Shown here: in pieces, positions 9,632 through 20,066 of the stretch
Layout: each line of letters opens with the position of its first letter
Position numbering within the stretch: the first letter of the stretch is position 1
Assembly (NCBI GenBank): GCA_047601445.1
Contig: JASGJH010000001.1
Location: 3,328,001-3,392,000, forward strand
Reading direction: 5' to 3'
Length of the DNA: 64,000 nt
Origin: Myxococcales bacterium
GTDB lineage: Bacteria; Myxococcota_A; Polyangia; Polyangiales; DASUME01
Notes under the pieces: generated by a model
What the model was told of the DNA's origin: nothing
The model's input: only the letters and a program-made list of their open reading frames with translations
The model's database searches: none
Made by a program: the position numbers and the translations under genes

Positions 9632-11299
9632 ATGAAAGCCAAAACTGCCGAGCGAAGCGAACCTCCTCAAGTCACCTCCCTGGTGACTTCGCTCAAGAGC
9701 CCTTCGCTCGACGAAGTCTTGAACGAGTTCCTGTCGCTGAGTCGAACGGTCAGCCTGGAGATGCACGACGAAGAGATCGTGCACGCCTACGTGAGCTCCA
9801 TGCTCAAGTTGTTCCCGGGTAGGCTGTTCGCCCTGCGTCTGTTCGAGCCCGACACGGGAGAGCTCTCGTTGGTCTACGCCACGGGGCGCCTGCGCAGTGA
9901 CCGCCGCGACACCGTGTACGTGACCACGCGGGCCCTCGAGGAGCAGGGCCTGAGCGAGCCCATCCCGCTGGCGGTGCTCGAGATCACGCCGCGCTACGTG
10001 CCCCTGTTCCACCAAGACGCCGAGGGCTTCGACGTGGCCATCGGCAACGGGCGCCGGGTGATCGGCGTGCTGGCGGTGGAGTACGTGCCGGGACAGGCCA
10101 TGGGCGAAGAGGATCCGCCGCGCATCGTGCCGGTGGCGCTGCAGCTCTCGGCGGCCCTGCGCAACGCGCGTCTGTTGCGCGAGTCGATGTACCTGCGCGA
10201 TTACCTCACCAAGCTCCTGGAGCACGCCAACGCACCCATCTTGGTGATCGGACGCAAGCGCGAGATCCGCGTGGTGAACCGCGCGCTCCTTTCACTCACC
10301 GGGTTCCGGCGCGACGAGCTCATCGGTCGTGACTTCACCAGCCTGCTCGACGACGAGGAGCGCTCGCGACTGCTGCCTGTGTTGATCGCCGCGTTGCGCG
10401 GTCAGTCGGCCACCGGGGTCGAGGTGCGCGTCCCGAGCAAGCGCGGCGGGGCAGCGCGTCTATTGATGAACACGGCTTCCGTGCTCAGCGCAGACGGTGA
10501 GGTAGAGGGCGTGATCGCCATCGGTCGCGACCTCACCGAGATCCGCGAGCTCGAGCAGCGCATCGTGCACGCCGAGAAGCTGGCCACGGTGGGGCAGCTA
10601 GCCGCCGGCGTGGTGCATGAGCTGAACAATCCGCTCACCAGCATCTCCGTCTACAGCGACTACCTGTTGAAGCAAGCCGAGCAGCAGAGCGCCGCCAGCG
10701 GCGTGAAGAGCCCAGACGCACACAAGCTGCGGCGCATTCACCAGAGCGCCGACCGCATCTTGAAGTTCACGCGCGAGCTGCTCGCCTACGCTCGCCCTAC
10801 CCCCGAAGAGCCGCGCTTCCTCGACGTGGCGCAACTGATCAGCAGCTCGCTCGAGTACTGCGACTACTTGATCACCGAGCGCGGCGTAGTGGTGAGCGTG
10901 GACCTGAGCGACTCCCTGGGGCCCATGCTTGGCGTGGCGGGACAGCTGCAGCAGGTGTTGGTCAACTTGATCACCAATGCGTGCCAGGCAATGCCGGAAG
11001 GCGCGGGCAACCTGCGGTTCTCGGCCCAGCCGAGCGACGACGGAAACGACGTCCAAATTCGGGTCACCGACAACGGCTTCGGAATCGCGCCCGACCACCT
11101 CGAGCGGATCTTCGAGCCCTTCTTCACCACCAAAGGGGAAGGTCACGGTACGGGCCTGGGTCTATCGATCGTGCGCAACATCGTGGAATTGCACAACGGG
11201 CGCATCGAGATCGAGAGCCAGCTCGGCAGCGGCACTACGTTCGTGCTCACCTTTCCCTCCCGCAACTTGGGGCGGGAGTACTCGCCACAGGGCGACTAG
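9632..11299 (+). CDS. GAF-PAS sensor histidine kinase
   Basis: VHELNNPL, QQVLVNLITNA, DNGFGI, IFEPFFTTK, GTGLGL. Confidence 0.92.
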   Translation: MKAKTAERSEPPQVTSLVTSLKSPSLDEVLNEFLSLSRTVSLEMHDEEIVHAYVSSMLKLFPGRLFALRLFEPDTGELSLVYATGRLRSDRRDTVYVTTRALEEQGLSEPIPLAVLEITPRYVPLFHQDAEGFDVAIGNGRRVIGVLAVEYVPGQAMGEEDPPRIVPVALQLSAALRNARLLRESMYLRDYLTKLLEHANAPILVIGRKREIRVVNRALLSLTGFRRDELIGRDFTSLLDDEERSRLLPVLIAALRGQSATGVEVRVPSKRGGAARLLMNTASVLSADGEVEGVIAIGRDLTEIRELEQRIVHAEKLATVGQLAAGVVHELNNPLTSISVYSDYLLKQAEQQSAASGVKSPDAHKLRRIHQSADRILKFTRELLAYARPTPEEPRFLDVAQLISSSLEYCDYLITERGVVVSVDLSDSLGPMLGVAGQLQQVLVNLITNACQAMPEGAGNLRFSAQPSDDGNDVQIRVTDNGFGIAPDHLERIFEPFFTTKGEGHGTGLGLSIVRNIVELHNGRIEIESQLGSGTTFVLTFPSRNLGREYSPQGD

Positions 11300-11305
11300 G
11301 CCGGA

Positions 11306-12784
11306 ATGAAACCCGTGCTCCGGAGGTTGGTCACGGCGATGGAAAAGAACTCGAAGGCTAAGATCTCGCGTGCGCTTTGTTTTGCTCGCGGGCGGACCCG
11401 CCCGCTTCGACTGATCGGCCTCGCGCTTGCTCTTCCCCTTGCCGCGGCGACCGCCGGCGCCTCCCCGCCCTCGGTGGCGGAGCAGAGCCCGGTGGCCACG
11501 GCGACCCAACTCGGAATGGCGTTCTCGCAGGTAGCCGAGCGCGTCTCGCCAAGCGTCGTCAGCATCCAGGTGGAGGTCAACCGCCCCCAGGCGCAGAGCT
11601 TTGGTTTCGGGTTCCCGTTCGGCCCTGCCCCAGATCGCGGCATTCAGCGCGGCGGCGGCTCCGGCGTGGTGCTCACGGCGGACGGCGGCATCCTCACCAA
11701 CAACCACGTGGTCGAGAATGCAACGCGCATCGTGGTGGCACTGCAAGACGGACGACGCTTCCCGGCCAAGGTCGTCGGAGTCGATCCAGCCACGGATCTG
11801 GCGGTGCTGCGCATCGACGCCAAGGGGCTGACGGCGGCTCGTTTCGGAGACTCGGACGCCGCCCAGGTCGGCCAGTGGCTGGTTGCCATCGGCTCGCCGT
11901 TCGGGCTCGACTACTCGGTGACCACGGGCGTGTTGAGCGCGAAGGGTCGCGGCGGCTTCAACGCCAACGAGATCGAGGACTACCTGCAGACGGACGCCAG
12001 CATCAATCCAGGCAACTCGGGCGGGCCGCTGGTGAACCTGCAAGGTGAGGTGCTCGGCATCAACACCATGATCATCGGGCACGCGAGCGGCATCGGCTTC
12101 GCCATTCCCTCGAACCTGGCTCGCCGAGTCAGCACGGAGCTGCTGCAGAAGGGCAACGTGTCCCGCGCCTGGATCGGCGTGTCCTATCAGGAGCTCACGC
12201 CCGAGCTCGCCTCGAGCTTCGGTGTGCAGCGCACGCGCGGCGCCCTGGTGAACGAACTGGTGCCCAACGGACCGGCGGCCAAGGCGGGCATTCGACCCGG
12301 CGACATCCTGCTCGAGATCCAGGGCCGTGAAGTCCGTGAAGGGCGAGACCTACTGCGCGCGGTGCTGCAGTATCCGGTGGGGCAGACACTCAACGTCACG
12401 GTGCTGCGCGACGGACAACAGAAGAAGCTCACGCTCGTGACGGCGGAGCGCCCCGGAGAGAACCACGAGGCGCGCGCCAACGGTGCGCGGAAGCAGCGCG
12501 GAAGCAACGGGGATGCGGGCGTGGCAGGGGCAGCGTTGGCTGCGCTCACGCCGGAGCTGGCGAGGCGCATCGACTACAGCGGCCCGGGCGGCGTGGTCGT
12601 CACGGGCGTAGCGCCAGGGTCGGCGGCCGATCGCGCGGGGCTCACGCGCGGCGACGTGATCGAAGAGGTCAACCGCAAGGCCGTGCAGAGCGAAGCGCAG
12701 GTGGAAGAGGCGCTCTCCAAGGGCAAGGCGCTGCTCAAACTGCACCGCCAGGGGGGCACGTTCTTCGCCGTGTTCGGCGAGTAG
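11306..12784 (+). CDS. HtrA/DegP (Do family) serine protease with two PDZ domains
   Basis: GSGV..ILTNNHVV, DLAVL, QTDASINPGNSGGPL; two PDZ-like segments. True start may be downstream. Confidence 0.93.
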   Translation: MKPVLRRLVTAMEKNSKAKISRALCFARGRTRPLRLIGLALALPLAAATAGASPPSVAEQSPVATATQLGMAFSQVAERVSPSVVSIQVEVNRPQAQSFGFGFPFGPAPDRGIQRGGGSGVVLTADGGILTNNHVVENATRIVVALQDGRRFPAKVVGVDPATDLAVLRIDAKGLTAARFGDSDAAQVGQWLVAIGSPFGLDYSVTTGVLSAKGRGGFNANEIEDYLQTDASINPGNSGGPLVNLQGEVLGINTMIIGHASGIGFAIPSNLARRVSTELLQKGNVSRAWIGVSYQELTPELASSFGVQRTRGALVNELVPNGPAAKAGIRPGDILLEIQGREVREGRDLLRAVLQYPVGQTLNVTVLRDGQQKKLTLVTAERPGENHEARANGARKQRGSNGDAGVAGAALAALTPELARRIDYSGPGGVVVTGVAPGSAADRAGLTRGDVIEEVNRKAVQSEAQVEEALSKGKALLKLHRQGGTFFAVFGE

Positions 12785-12888
12785 CCGAAGCGTTTCGAGT
12801 GCGGGTCTTGGTCTCGGCGTGACCTTCGATCCGCCGTTTGGTTGGCCGGCGTGACCATGGGTCCGCCGGCCAAACGCGCTCTAGCAGA

Positions 12889-14676
12889 TCAGAGTCGCTC
12901 GAGCGTGACCTCGATGGCAGCATCCTTGCCCACCACCTGATACTTGGGACGCAGCCCGGGCAGGAAGTCCACCGTGAGCTCGGCGTAGTCACCGCGATTC
13001 AGAATCATCGCGCGCGCCACGGCCCGGTGCGAGGTCGCGATGGGACTGGCCCGATCGAGCGCCAGTCGACCCGGGACACGCACAGTGAAGCCGTCGTCGC
13101 GACTTTCTCCTTCGACGCTGTCGACCGGGCCGCTCATGCGCAGGGAAAATGTGCGCCCGTTGGGCACGTCGGCTTCGCCAAAGCTGAGACTGCCTGGCTG
13201 ATTCGCGGGGGCTGCCGGATCGGCAACGGGGAGCGTGGGTAGCGCGGCTCCGGGCTGCGCCGCCGTGGGCTCCTGGCCGAGCACGGCCGGAGCGGAGCTC
13301 GGCTCGGTGGCAGCGGGCGCGGCAGGGGCGTAGCCGTTGGGTGCAGGCGTAGTGGCCTCGAGCCCGGGATCGCGACGCACGCGGATGCGATCGGCGCCAG
13401 AGCGTGGTGCCAGCGCGTACACGCCGAGTGCGATGCCTGCCGCGGCCAGGCCGATGGCGAGCCAGCGCGAGCCCTGGCTCTTCGTGGGCTTGCCGGTGGC
13501 GGGTTCGGGCGTGCGCGCAGCGGCGGCCGAGCTGCGCTGGACGCGCGGGGCCGGAGCGGTTGCGCGCTTGGCCGCAGAGGGCTTGCGAAGCTGAGCAAAG
13601 CGGGCCTTCTGGGCGGACACCAGCAGGCGCACACGCGCGAAGAACACGGCGAGCTTGGACTTGGCCTCAGGCCAGTGGGCATCCCGCAGCTGAGACGTCT
13701 GTCCGCGAAAGCCGCCCGCCCACCCCTTGAGCATCGGAACCAGGCGAGCCCAGCGGGCGGTCAGCCAGGCGAGCCACGTCTTGGCGAACGCGATGAGCTG
13801 CGCAGCAGCCGGGACGGCCGTCGGCAAGAGATCGGGCTCGGTGTCCGAGCCAAGGCTCGGTTCGGATGCGTCGGCAGACGTCGTCTTGAACTCGACGGTG
13901 GCTTGCGACGCGCGAGGCTCGGGCTTGCGCGCGGCGACCGGCACCACCATGGGCGCGGGATCGACTTCACGTGCGACAGGCGCAGGTGCGGCCTCTCGCA
14001 CCATGGGTGCAGGTGCAGGTACGGCGACCTGGGAGAGCTCGATGGGAACCACCACCTCGCGAACTTCGGCCTCGGCGTCGAGCAAGATACCGAACACCAG
14101 CGTCGGCACATCGAGAGCACCGTGACGCAGCTCCACCGATCCGATGCGACCCCGCCGGGTGCCAATGCCGGGCACGTCGATGGACACACCACGGCCGAGC
14201 TTCAGGAAGTTCAGCTCCTGCTCGAGCACGATGCTGCCATGGTCAGCGAACAGGACGTCGGTCTCCACCGGCGCGCCCACGCCGTCGATGCACATGTTGG
14301 CCACCCGCGGCAGCTGCGGCTCTGGAGCGGGCTCCTCCCACAGCTCGGGCTCCACATGGCGGCGGATCGCCGTGGCGCTCTTGGTGTCCAGCTCCAGGAA
14401 GCGCATCCCGAACGCGCCGTCGTGATCGCTCTGCCAGTGCGCCCAGACGACCTCGCCCTCGGCGCGCACCCGCTCGCCCTCGGGCGAGCAGCGGAACTGG
14501 CACTTCAACTTTGCCCCGACCGGAGGCACGAAGGCTGCGCGCATGGCCAGACCGCCGGGGCTCAGATCGAGTCCGTCGGCTTCCAGCACCTCGCTACCAT
14601 CATCGCTGCGCAGCTCGATCAGGGCATCGAGCGGCACCCGCTCTTCCCTTCGCCCGCTGTGGACCGCAGTTTCCAT
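12889..14676 (-). CDS. PilZ-domain single-pass membrane protein with C-terminal periplasmic beta domain
   Basis: RREERVP and DLSPGG PilZ motifs, Pro/Ala linker, TM (WLAIGLAAAGIALGVYAL). Confidence 0.8.
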   Translation of the reverse strand: METAVHSGRREERVPLDALIELRSDDGSEVLEADGLDLSPGGLAMRAAFVPPVGAKLKCQFRCSPEGERVRAEGEVVWAHWQSDHDGAFGMRFLELDTKSATAIRRHVEPELWEEPAPEPQLPRVANMCIDGVGAPVETDVLFADHGSIVLEQELNFLKLGRGVSIDVPGIGTRRGRIGSVELRHGALDVPTLVFGILLDAEAEVREVVVPIELSQVAVPAPAPMVREAAPAPVAREVDPAPMVVPVAARKPEPRASQATVEFKTTSADASEPSLGSDTEPDLLPTAVPAAAQLIAFAKTWLAWLTARWARLVPMLKGWAGGFRGQTSQLRDAHWPEAKSKLAVFFARVRLLVSAQKARFAQLRKPSAAKRATAPAPRVQRSSAAAARTPEPATGKPTKSQGSRWLAIGLAAAGIALGVYALAPRSGADRIRVRRDPGLEATTPAPNGYAPAAPAATEPSSAPAVLGQEPTAAQPGAALPTLPVADPAAPANQPGSLSFGEADVPNGRTFSLRMSGPVDSVEGESRDDGFTVRVPGRLALDRASPIATSHRAVARAMILNRGDYAELTVDFLPGLRPKYQVVGKDAAIEVTLERL

Positions 14677-14843
14677 ACTTCTCCTTCGAGAACCATCGCC
14701 GGCCGAAGACAGAACCCCGGCCCATAGGCCTTGATCCCAGAATGTCTCCAGCGGGTCCAGTTTTCGGCGTCGCCTCGCGGGCCCGAACGGCGTGCCGGCC
14801 GTTCTCTTGACCTTTGGCGGATCGCACGCGAAACGTGGACGCG

Positions 14844-15797
14844 ATGGCGGTCAAACTCGTGGTTCGCCACCCGGGTAGCTCGGGTGAACGGGGCGAGGTG
14901 AGCTTTGAGTTCGAGCAGGTGCGGGTCGCCATCGGCCGCAGCGCGGGGGCCGACGTGCGCCTGCCGGGCCTGACCGTCAGCGAGCTGCACGCCACCCTGG
15001 AGCTGCAAGGAGGGCAGGCGCGGCTGCGGGACGAGGGTTCCACCAATGGGACACGAGTCAACGGCGTCGCCCTGGTGCCCACTCGCCCGCGCAGCCTGAT
15101 CACCGGCGACGTGATCGAGATCGGTGACTTCAGCATTGCCTTTAGTAGCGGCCCCCTCCTGGGCGTCGCCACCTCGCCCGAACGCACGGCGTCCCTGGCG
15201 CGCAGGCTGCTACAGGAGCTGGCCGATCCCAGCTCGGAGGCCCGAGCCGCGCATTTCTTGCGCATCGCGCAGGGCCCCGATCAGGGCACCCTGATCAACT
15301 TGGCCGAGGCGCCGAGCAGGCTCGTGATTGGACGTGGGGAGGAGGCCGGCCTCGTGCTGCGCGATCCCGACGTATCGCGCGAGCACCTGGAGATCTGCTG
15401 CGACCTCGACGGCGCAGTGGCGCGCGACCTGGCCAGCAAGAACGGGCTCGAGGTCAACGGCAAGCGGCTACGCGAACGTCGCCTGCGGCACGGCGATACC
15501 CTGCGCCTGGGGGCCACGGCCATCGTCTACGAGGATCCTGCCGAACAAGCTCTCCGCGGCCTGGAGGGGCAGCCGGACCAGCTGATCACGCGCACGCGCG
15601 AGAGTGCGCCGGCCGCGACCGCCGAGAGCGCGCCCAGCGCAGCCTCCGAAAGCGCGTCCCCCTCGGGCCTACCGGCTGCCAGCGCGCCCGCGCGTACGCA
15701 GGTCCCCAAGACCGCCAGCACCGACCTGCTCATCTATGGTCTGGCCGCCCTGATCCTGGTGGCGAGCCTGGCCGGCCTGGTGTGGCTGTTTCGCTAG
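14844..15797 (+). CDS. Tandem FHA-domain protein with C-terminal TM
   Basis: IGR..VSELHA..STNGT and IGR..VSREH..SKNG FHA signatures. Confidence 0.88.
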   Translation: MAVKLVVRHPGSSGERGEVSFEFEQVRVAIGRSAGADVRLPGLTVSELHATLELQGGQARLRDEGSTNGTRVNGVALVPTRPRSLITGDVIEIGDFSIAFSSGPLLGVATSPERTASLARRLLQELADPSSEARAAHFLRIAQGPDQGTLINLAEAPSRLVIGRGEEAGLVLRDPDVSREHLEICCDLDGAVARDLASKNGLEVNGKRLRERRLRHGDTLRLGATAIVYEDPAEQALRGLEGQPDQLITRTRESAPAATAESAPSAASESASPSGLPAASAPARTQVPKTASTDLLIYGLAALILVASLAGLVWLFR

Positions 15798-16831
15798 CGG
15801 TCCTTGGCCACGTAGTCCGAGCTCACCGACACCTCCGGGCGCGCCTTGAGCCGCGTCTTGGAGCCGAAACCACGTGCGGACTCCTTGTACTCGTTGGCGT
15901 TGGAGGCGCTGGTATCGCGCTTCTGCACGCTGCGCTCGGACTCGACCTCGCCCACGAAGCGGTTCACGTCGCTGGCCTTGGCCGCCACGGCCGAGGCGGC
16001 GGGCTGGCTCGAGCGCTCGCCCCGCTGTGTGAGAGCGTCGAGCGCAGCCGCCTCGACCAGGCTCTTCTGGAATAGGCCGAACACCTTGGAGCTGGCGAAC
16101 CAGCGCACGCTGCGCACGGAGCCGTCGAGCGCGTAGGCGAGCCCGACGAGGGCCTTTTCCTTGGGCGCACTCGCGAGCGCTCCCTCGATGCCGCGCGCGA
16201 GCTTCTGCTTACTCGCATCCACGTCGCCTGCGTCGACCGTGGCCATGAGGGTGCCTGACGGCGCGCTCTTTTGATGCGCCCCGTTCAACTTGCTCACCTT
16301 GTTCCAGACCTCGCTCTGGTTCTGTTGGTACTGCGCGGCGCGCCGCACATCGCTGGTGGCGATCGCCTTGGTGGCGACGAACTTGCCGCCCGTGGTCGCG
16401 CCTTCGCGCTTGCTCTCCCAACGCCCCTGCTCGACGCAAAACGCATCTACCGCCACGCTCTTGTTCGGCTCGATCACGAAGTCTTGCCCGATCTGTCGGT
16501 CTTGCTTGCCTCCCTTGACCAGGGTGCCAGCCAATACGTAGATCGCGCGCTTTCCGCGGTTCTTCACTACCAGCTTATTGACCTCGCCGCCGTTCACTTC
16601 GCGCACCTCGGCCGCGCCGCGTGCGAGGGCTTCGTCCAGGGTGGTGATCTCGCCGAGATCCGTTTCTTGGCTCGCGAATAGCGGAAAGACCGTGAGGTTC
16701 TCCACACTGGTGCCCGCGCCCACCGCGATGCCCTGGGCAACCAAAGGGTCGCTCTGTTGAGCCGAAGCTCCGAAGGCGCTCAGCCAGAGCGCGCAAGTCA
16801 CCCACCACACCAAGCTCAGCTTATGCGACAT
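15794..16831 (-). CDS. Exported ARPP-1/DUF6569-like protein
   Basis: Signal peptide; NLTVFPL, EVNKLVVKN, GTLVKGGKQDR, FCVEQGRW, QSEVW. Confidence 0.7.
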   Translation of the reverse strand: MSHKLSLVWWVTCALWLSAFGASAQQSDPLVAQGIAVGAGTSVENLTVFPLFASQETDLGEITTLDEALARGAAEVREVNGGEVNKLVVKNRGKRAIYVLAGTLVKGGKQDRQIGQDFVIEPNKSVAVDAFCVEQGRWESKREGATTGGKFVATKAIATSDVRRAAQYQQNQSEVWNKVSKLNGAHQKSAPSGTLMATVDAGDVDASKQKLARGIEGALASAPKEKALVGLAYALDGSVRSVRWFASSKVFGLFQKSLVEAAALDALTQRGERSSQPAASAVAAKASDVNRFVGEVESERSVQKRDTSASNANEYKESARGFGSKTRLKARPEVSVSSDYVAKDR

Positions 16832-16964
16832 ACGAACCTCCCAAAGACGCCGCCCGGCCCCCGAATGCCCTCGGGTCTGCCCGTGAACCCCACCGACGCA
16901 CGGACCGCGCGAAGGATCTATCGAGGCGAACTCCAGCCGATCGAAAGCCAGGGGCGGTCGAAGC

Positions 16965-17681
16965 TCACTCCAGGTACACCGACCACACGGGCAGCTTGGA
17001 GCGCTCGACGATCAGGCTCGGCAAATCCGCCCAGGCGCGGGCATGTTCCAGCACCCAGGCGTCGGAGGAAGCGACCACCTCGGCCCGCTGCACCAACTCC
17101 TGGTCCACGCGTTCACTGAGCTCGCACGTGAGCTCGAGGCCGGCCTGCGCCGCGCTCGCCTCGCACAGACCGCGCAGCCGCCCGCTATTGGCCACCGGCT
17201 TGTCGAACAGCACCAACACGTTGCCGACGCCCCATCCCAGTAGCGCATCCACCAAGAGCGCCAAGGCTGGCTCGGTCTCGCTGACGCGCCGATAGGTGCC
17301 GTGCACGCTGGCCAGATCCCGCCGCGCGCCGTCGCGACCCACGAAGGTCGGCCCGCCCGAGAGGATGACCTCGAGCGTGATCGAGCAATTGAATCCATCG
17401 ATGCCGAGCTGGGCTCCCCGCAGACTAACCGCGTCCACCTGTCGGTCCCGCCGGGCCCGCACAGCGCCTTCGCTGCATGCCGCGCGCAACACGGCCTCGC
17501 GTTGACGCGTGGTGAGCTGATGCTTGTCTCCCACCAGCTTGAGCGCGGCGCGCTCACTATAGGCTCTGCCCAGAAGCCAGCTCAGCTCTTCGGTCGCGTC
17601 ACGCAAGCTCGCATGGTGCTCGCTCGCGAAATCGCGCGCGTCATCCGGATGGGCACCGCGGTGCTGGCGTCTATCGGGCAC
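16965..17681 (-). CDS. DUF434 (plus DUF5616/PIN-like) protein
   Basis: HRGAHPDD, LKLVGDKHQL..RQR, IDGFN, RDLA..HGTYR, DKPVANSG, VASSD. Confidence 0.8.
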   Translation of the reverse strand: MPDRRQHRGAHPDDARDFASEHHASLRDATEELSWLLGRAYSERAALKLVGDKHQLTTRQREAVLRAACSEGAVRARRDRQVDAVSLRGAQLGIDGFNCSITLEVILSGGPTFVGRDGARRDLASVHGTYRRVSETEPALALLVDALLGWGVGNVLVLFDKPVANSGRLRGLCEASAAQAGLELTCELSERVDQELVQRAEVVASSDAWVLEHARAWADLPSLIVERSKLPVWSVYLE

Positions 17682-17726
17682 GCTGCCTGGTGGCCACGCT
17701 GTGGCCTCGCGAGGATTCGAGTGATG

Positions 17727-18500
<774 letters not shown>

Positions 18501-18595
18501 GGCGCTGGTAGTAGCCCGCGTCAGCCTGCTCGGCCACTCGGGCCGAGGGACGCACGCCGCGGGCCCTCGAGCGGGCCCGTTTGAGCGGCGGTCAT

Positions 18596-18658
18596 CGAAG
18601 CGAGCCCTCTCGGGCGCGCGAACTGAAAAGAAGCGAGTCCTCGGCCGCGCGAGCGAAG
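18596..18658 (-). repeat. REP-like element family A, two diverged copies (reverse orientation)
   Basis: CGAAGCGAGCCCTCTCGGGCGCGCG and GAAGCGAGTCCTCGGCCGCGCGAGC are reverse-complement-like to the family A consensus. Confidence 0.55.
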
Positions 18659-18659
18659 A

Positions 18660-19367
18660 TCAGCGTGGACGCAGCGAAAGCGAGGCTTCGAGTAGGTCGC
18701 CGAAGTTCTTCGGTGCTTCGATGCGCGGCGAAGAGACCACCTTCATGACGGGCTCGGCGCGCGAGAGCAGTGGTGCTTCCACGCGCGCGCTCGGCGCGGT
18801 GAGTGGAGCCTCGACTGCAGCGGCGGTTTCGAACATGGGCTCGGGCGTGCCGACCAGGGTCTCGACCGACGGCTCGCGCTCGAGTGCCTTGACTGCGGGA
18901 GCAGGCGGCGGCTCCTTCGCACTCGGTGGCACGGGCGCCACCGAAATCGGCGCGGGCACCGGCGCCACCGAGGCCGGCGACGTCACGGGCGGAGCAGACG
19001 GCGTAGGCAACAGATCGTCAGCGGTCGGCGCCTTGGAGCGCGCGGTCGCGCCCGCGGAAGCAGGTGGCGCCACAGGAGCGGCTTGCACCACGGCCGGAGC
19101 TGCCTCGAACGCAGCCGGCCCGACATCGTCGAGGGTGAGCGGTGCGACCGGTGCGGGCGGCTCGGGCAAGCTGACCGTGACCTGGCGTAGGTCCTGGATG
19201 GTCTTCGCGACCGCTGCCTCGCTGTTAACCGGCACCACACTGACAGCCGCTGGCGCCGCGCTGCTAACGGCGACAGGCGTACTCAGCGGACGCAGACGCG
19301 GTGCGGCCTTGCGCTCCTGCACGCGGGCCAACAACGACTTGAGCTGTTCGATACGCGCGGCACTCAT
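18660..19367 (-). CDS. Hypothetical Pro/Ala-rich protein with short helical termini
   Basis: Start overlaps upstream stop (ATGA); termini IEQLKSLLARVQER and NFGDLLEASLSL. Confidence 0.6.
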   Translation of the reverse strand: MSAARIEQLKSLLARVQERKAAPRLRPLSTPVAVSSAAPAAVSVVPVNSEAAVAKTIQDLRQVTVSLPEPPAPVAPLTLDDVGPAAFEAAPAVVQAAPVAPPASAGATARSKAPTADDLLPTPSAPPVTSPASVAPVPAPISVAPVPPSAKEPPPAPAVKALEREPSVETLVGTPEPMFETAAAVEAPLTAPSARVEAPLLSRAEPVMKVVSSPRIEAPKNFGDLLEASLSLRPR

Positions 19368-19918
19368 GCGTTGCCCTCCGGCGCGAGACGCGAAATCACT
19401 TCGGCCACGGACTTGCCTTCCTTGGTCCAGGTCCACACGGTTTCAGCGATGGTCGGGTGCACGATGACGAAGCGCCCCTGCTCGTGCGCGGGCACGCAGG
19501 CGACATCGCGACCGCCCAGGCTGGTGAGCATGCCGCCCAGCAGCGCGGCCAATCCGAGGCGCTCGGCGTCCAGCTGCGGTGCGCCTTCGAGGTGCAGCAC
19601 CAGGGCCTTGCCCCAGCGTTCCAGCGAGAGCGTGCCCCAGCCGAGCAAGGCCAGCGTGCCGCTCGCGTGGGCCACCACGGCCTCCGGCGTGGCCGCGCGG
19701 ACCTCGTCGCCGAGCGAACGTGCCGCGTCGTCGCCGATGCGCTTGCCGAGCATGCGGATGGAGGTGAGATCCCCGTGGCGTGCCGCCGTGGTCACCAGCG
19801 GACCGAGCGTGTCTGCGGACAGCATGAGCACGCGTTCACCGTGCCGGGTATGCACTGCTCCGCGCGCCAAATCGAATGCGTAAAACGCCCCTGGGTCGAA
19901 GCCCCGCGATTCAGTCAT
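19364..19918 (-). CDS. V4R/H-NOX-like fold protein (hypothetical)
   Basis: G+RVLML, LGKRIG and LGWG pattern reminiscent of V4R proteins. Confidence 0.5.
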   Translation of the reverse strand: MTESRGFDPGAFYAFDLARGAVHTRHGERVLMLSADTLGPLVTTAARHGDLTSIRMLGKRIGDDAARSLGDEVRAATPEAVVAHASGTLALLGWGTLSLERWGKALVLHLEGAPQLDAERLGLAALLGGMLTSLGGRDVACVPAHEQGRFVIVHPTIAETVWTWTKEGKSVAEVISRLAPEGNA

Positions 19919-20066
19919 TGCTTCGATGTAGAAGCCAACTGCTGAAAATGTCAAATCTTGCGGGAGAGGATCGCACAACTTGAAGCGGCGAGAACTACAC
20001 ACGCGCACAGGCCCCCTCGGTGTGGCTCGCGTGAAGCCTTTCACGCATCCCACACGTCAGGTCTCC

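Noticed and set aside
8750..10225. Long antisense ORFs (also 33370-35139, 49406-51160, 28357-29580 and others)
   Set aside because: Shadow frames of well-supported genes in high-GC DNA, with no recognisable motifs.
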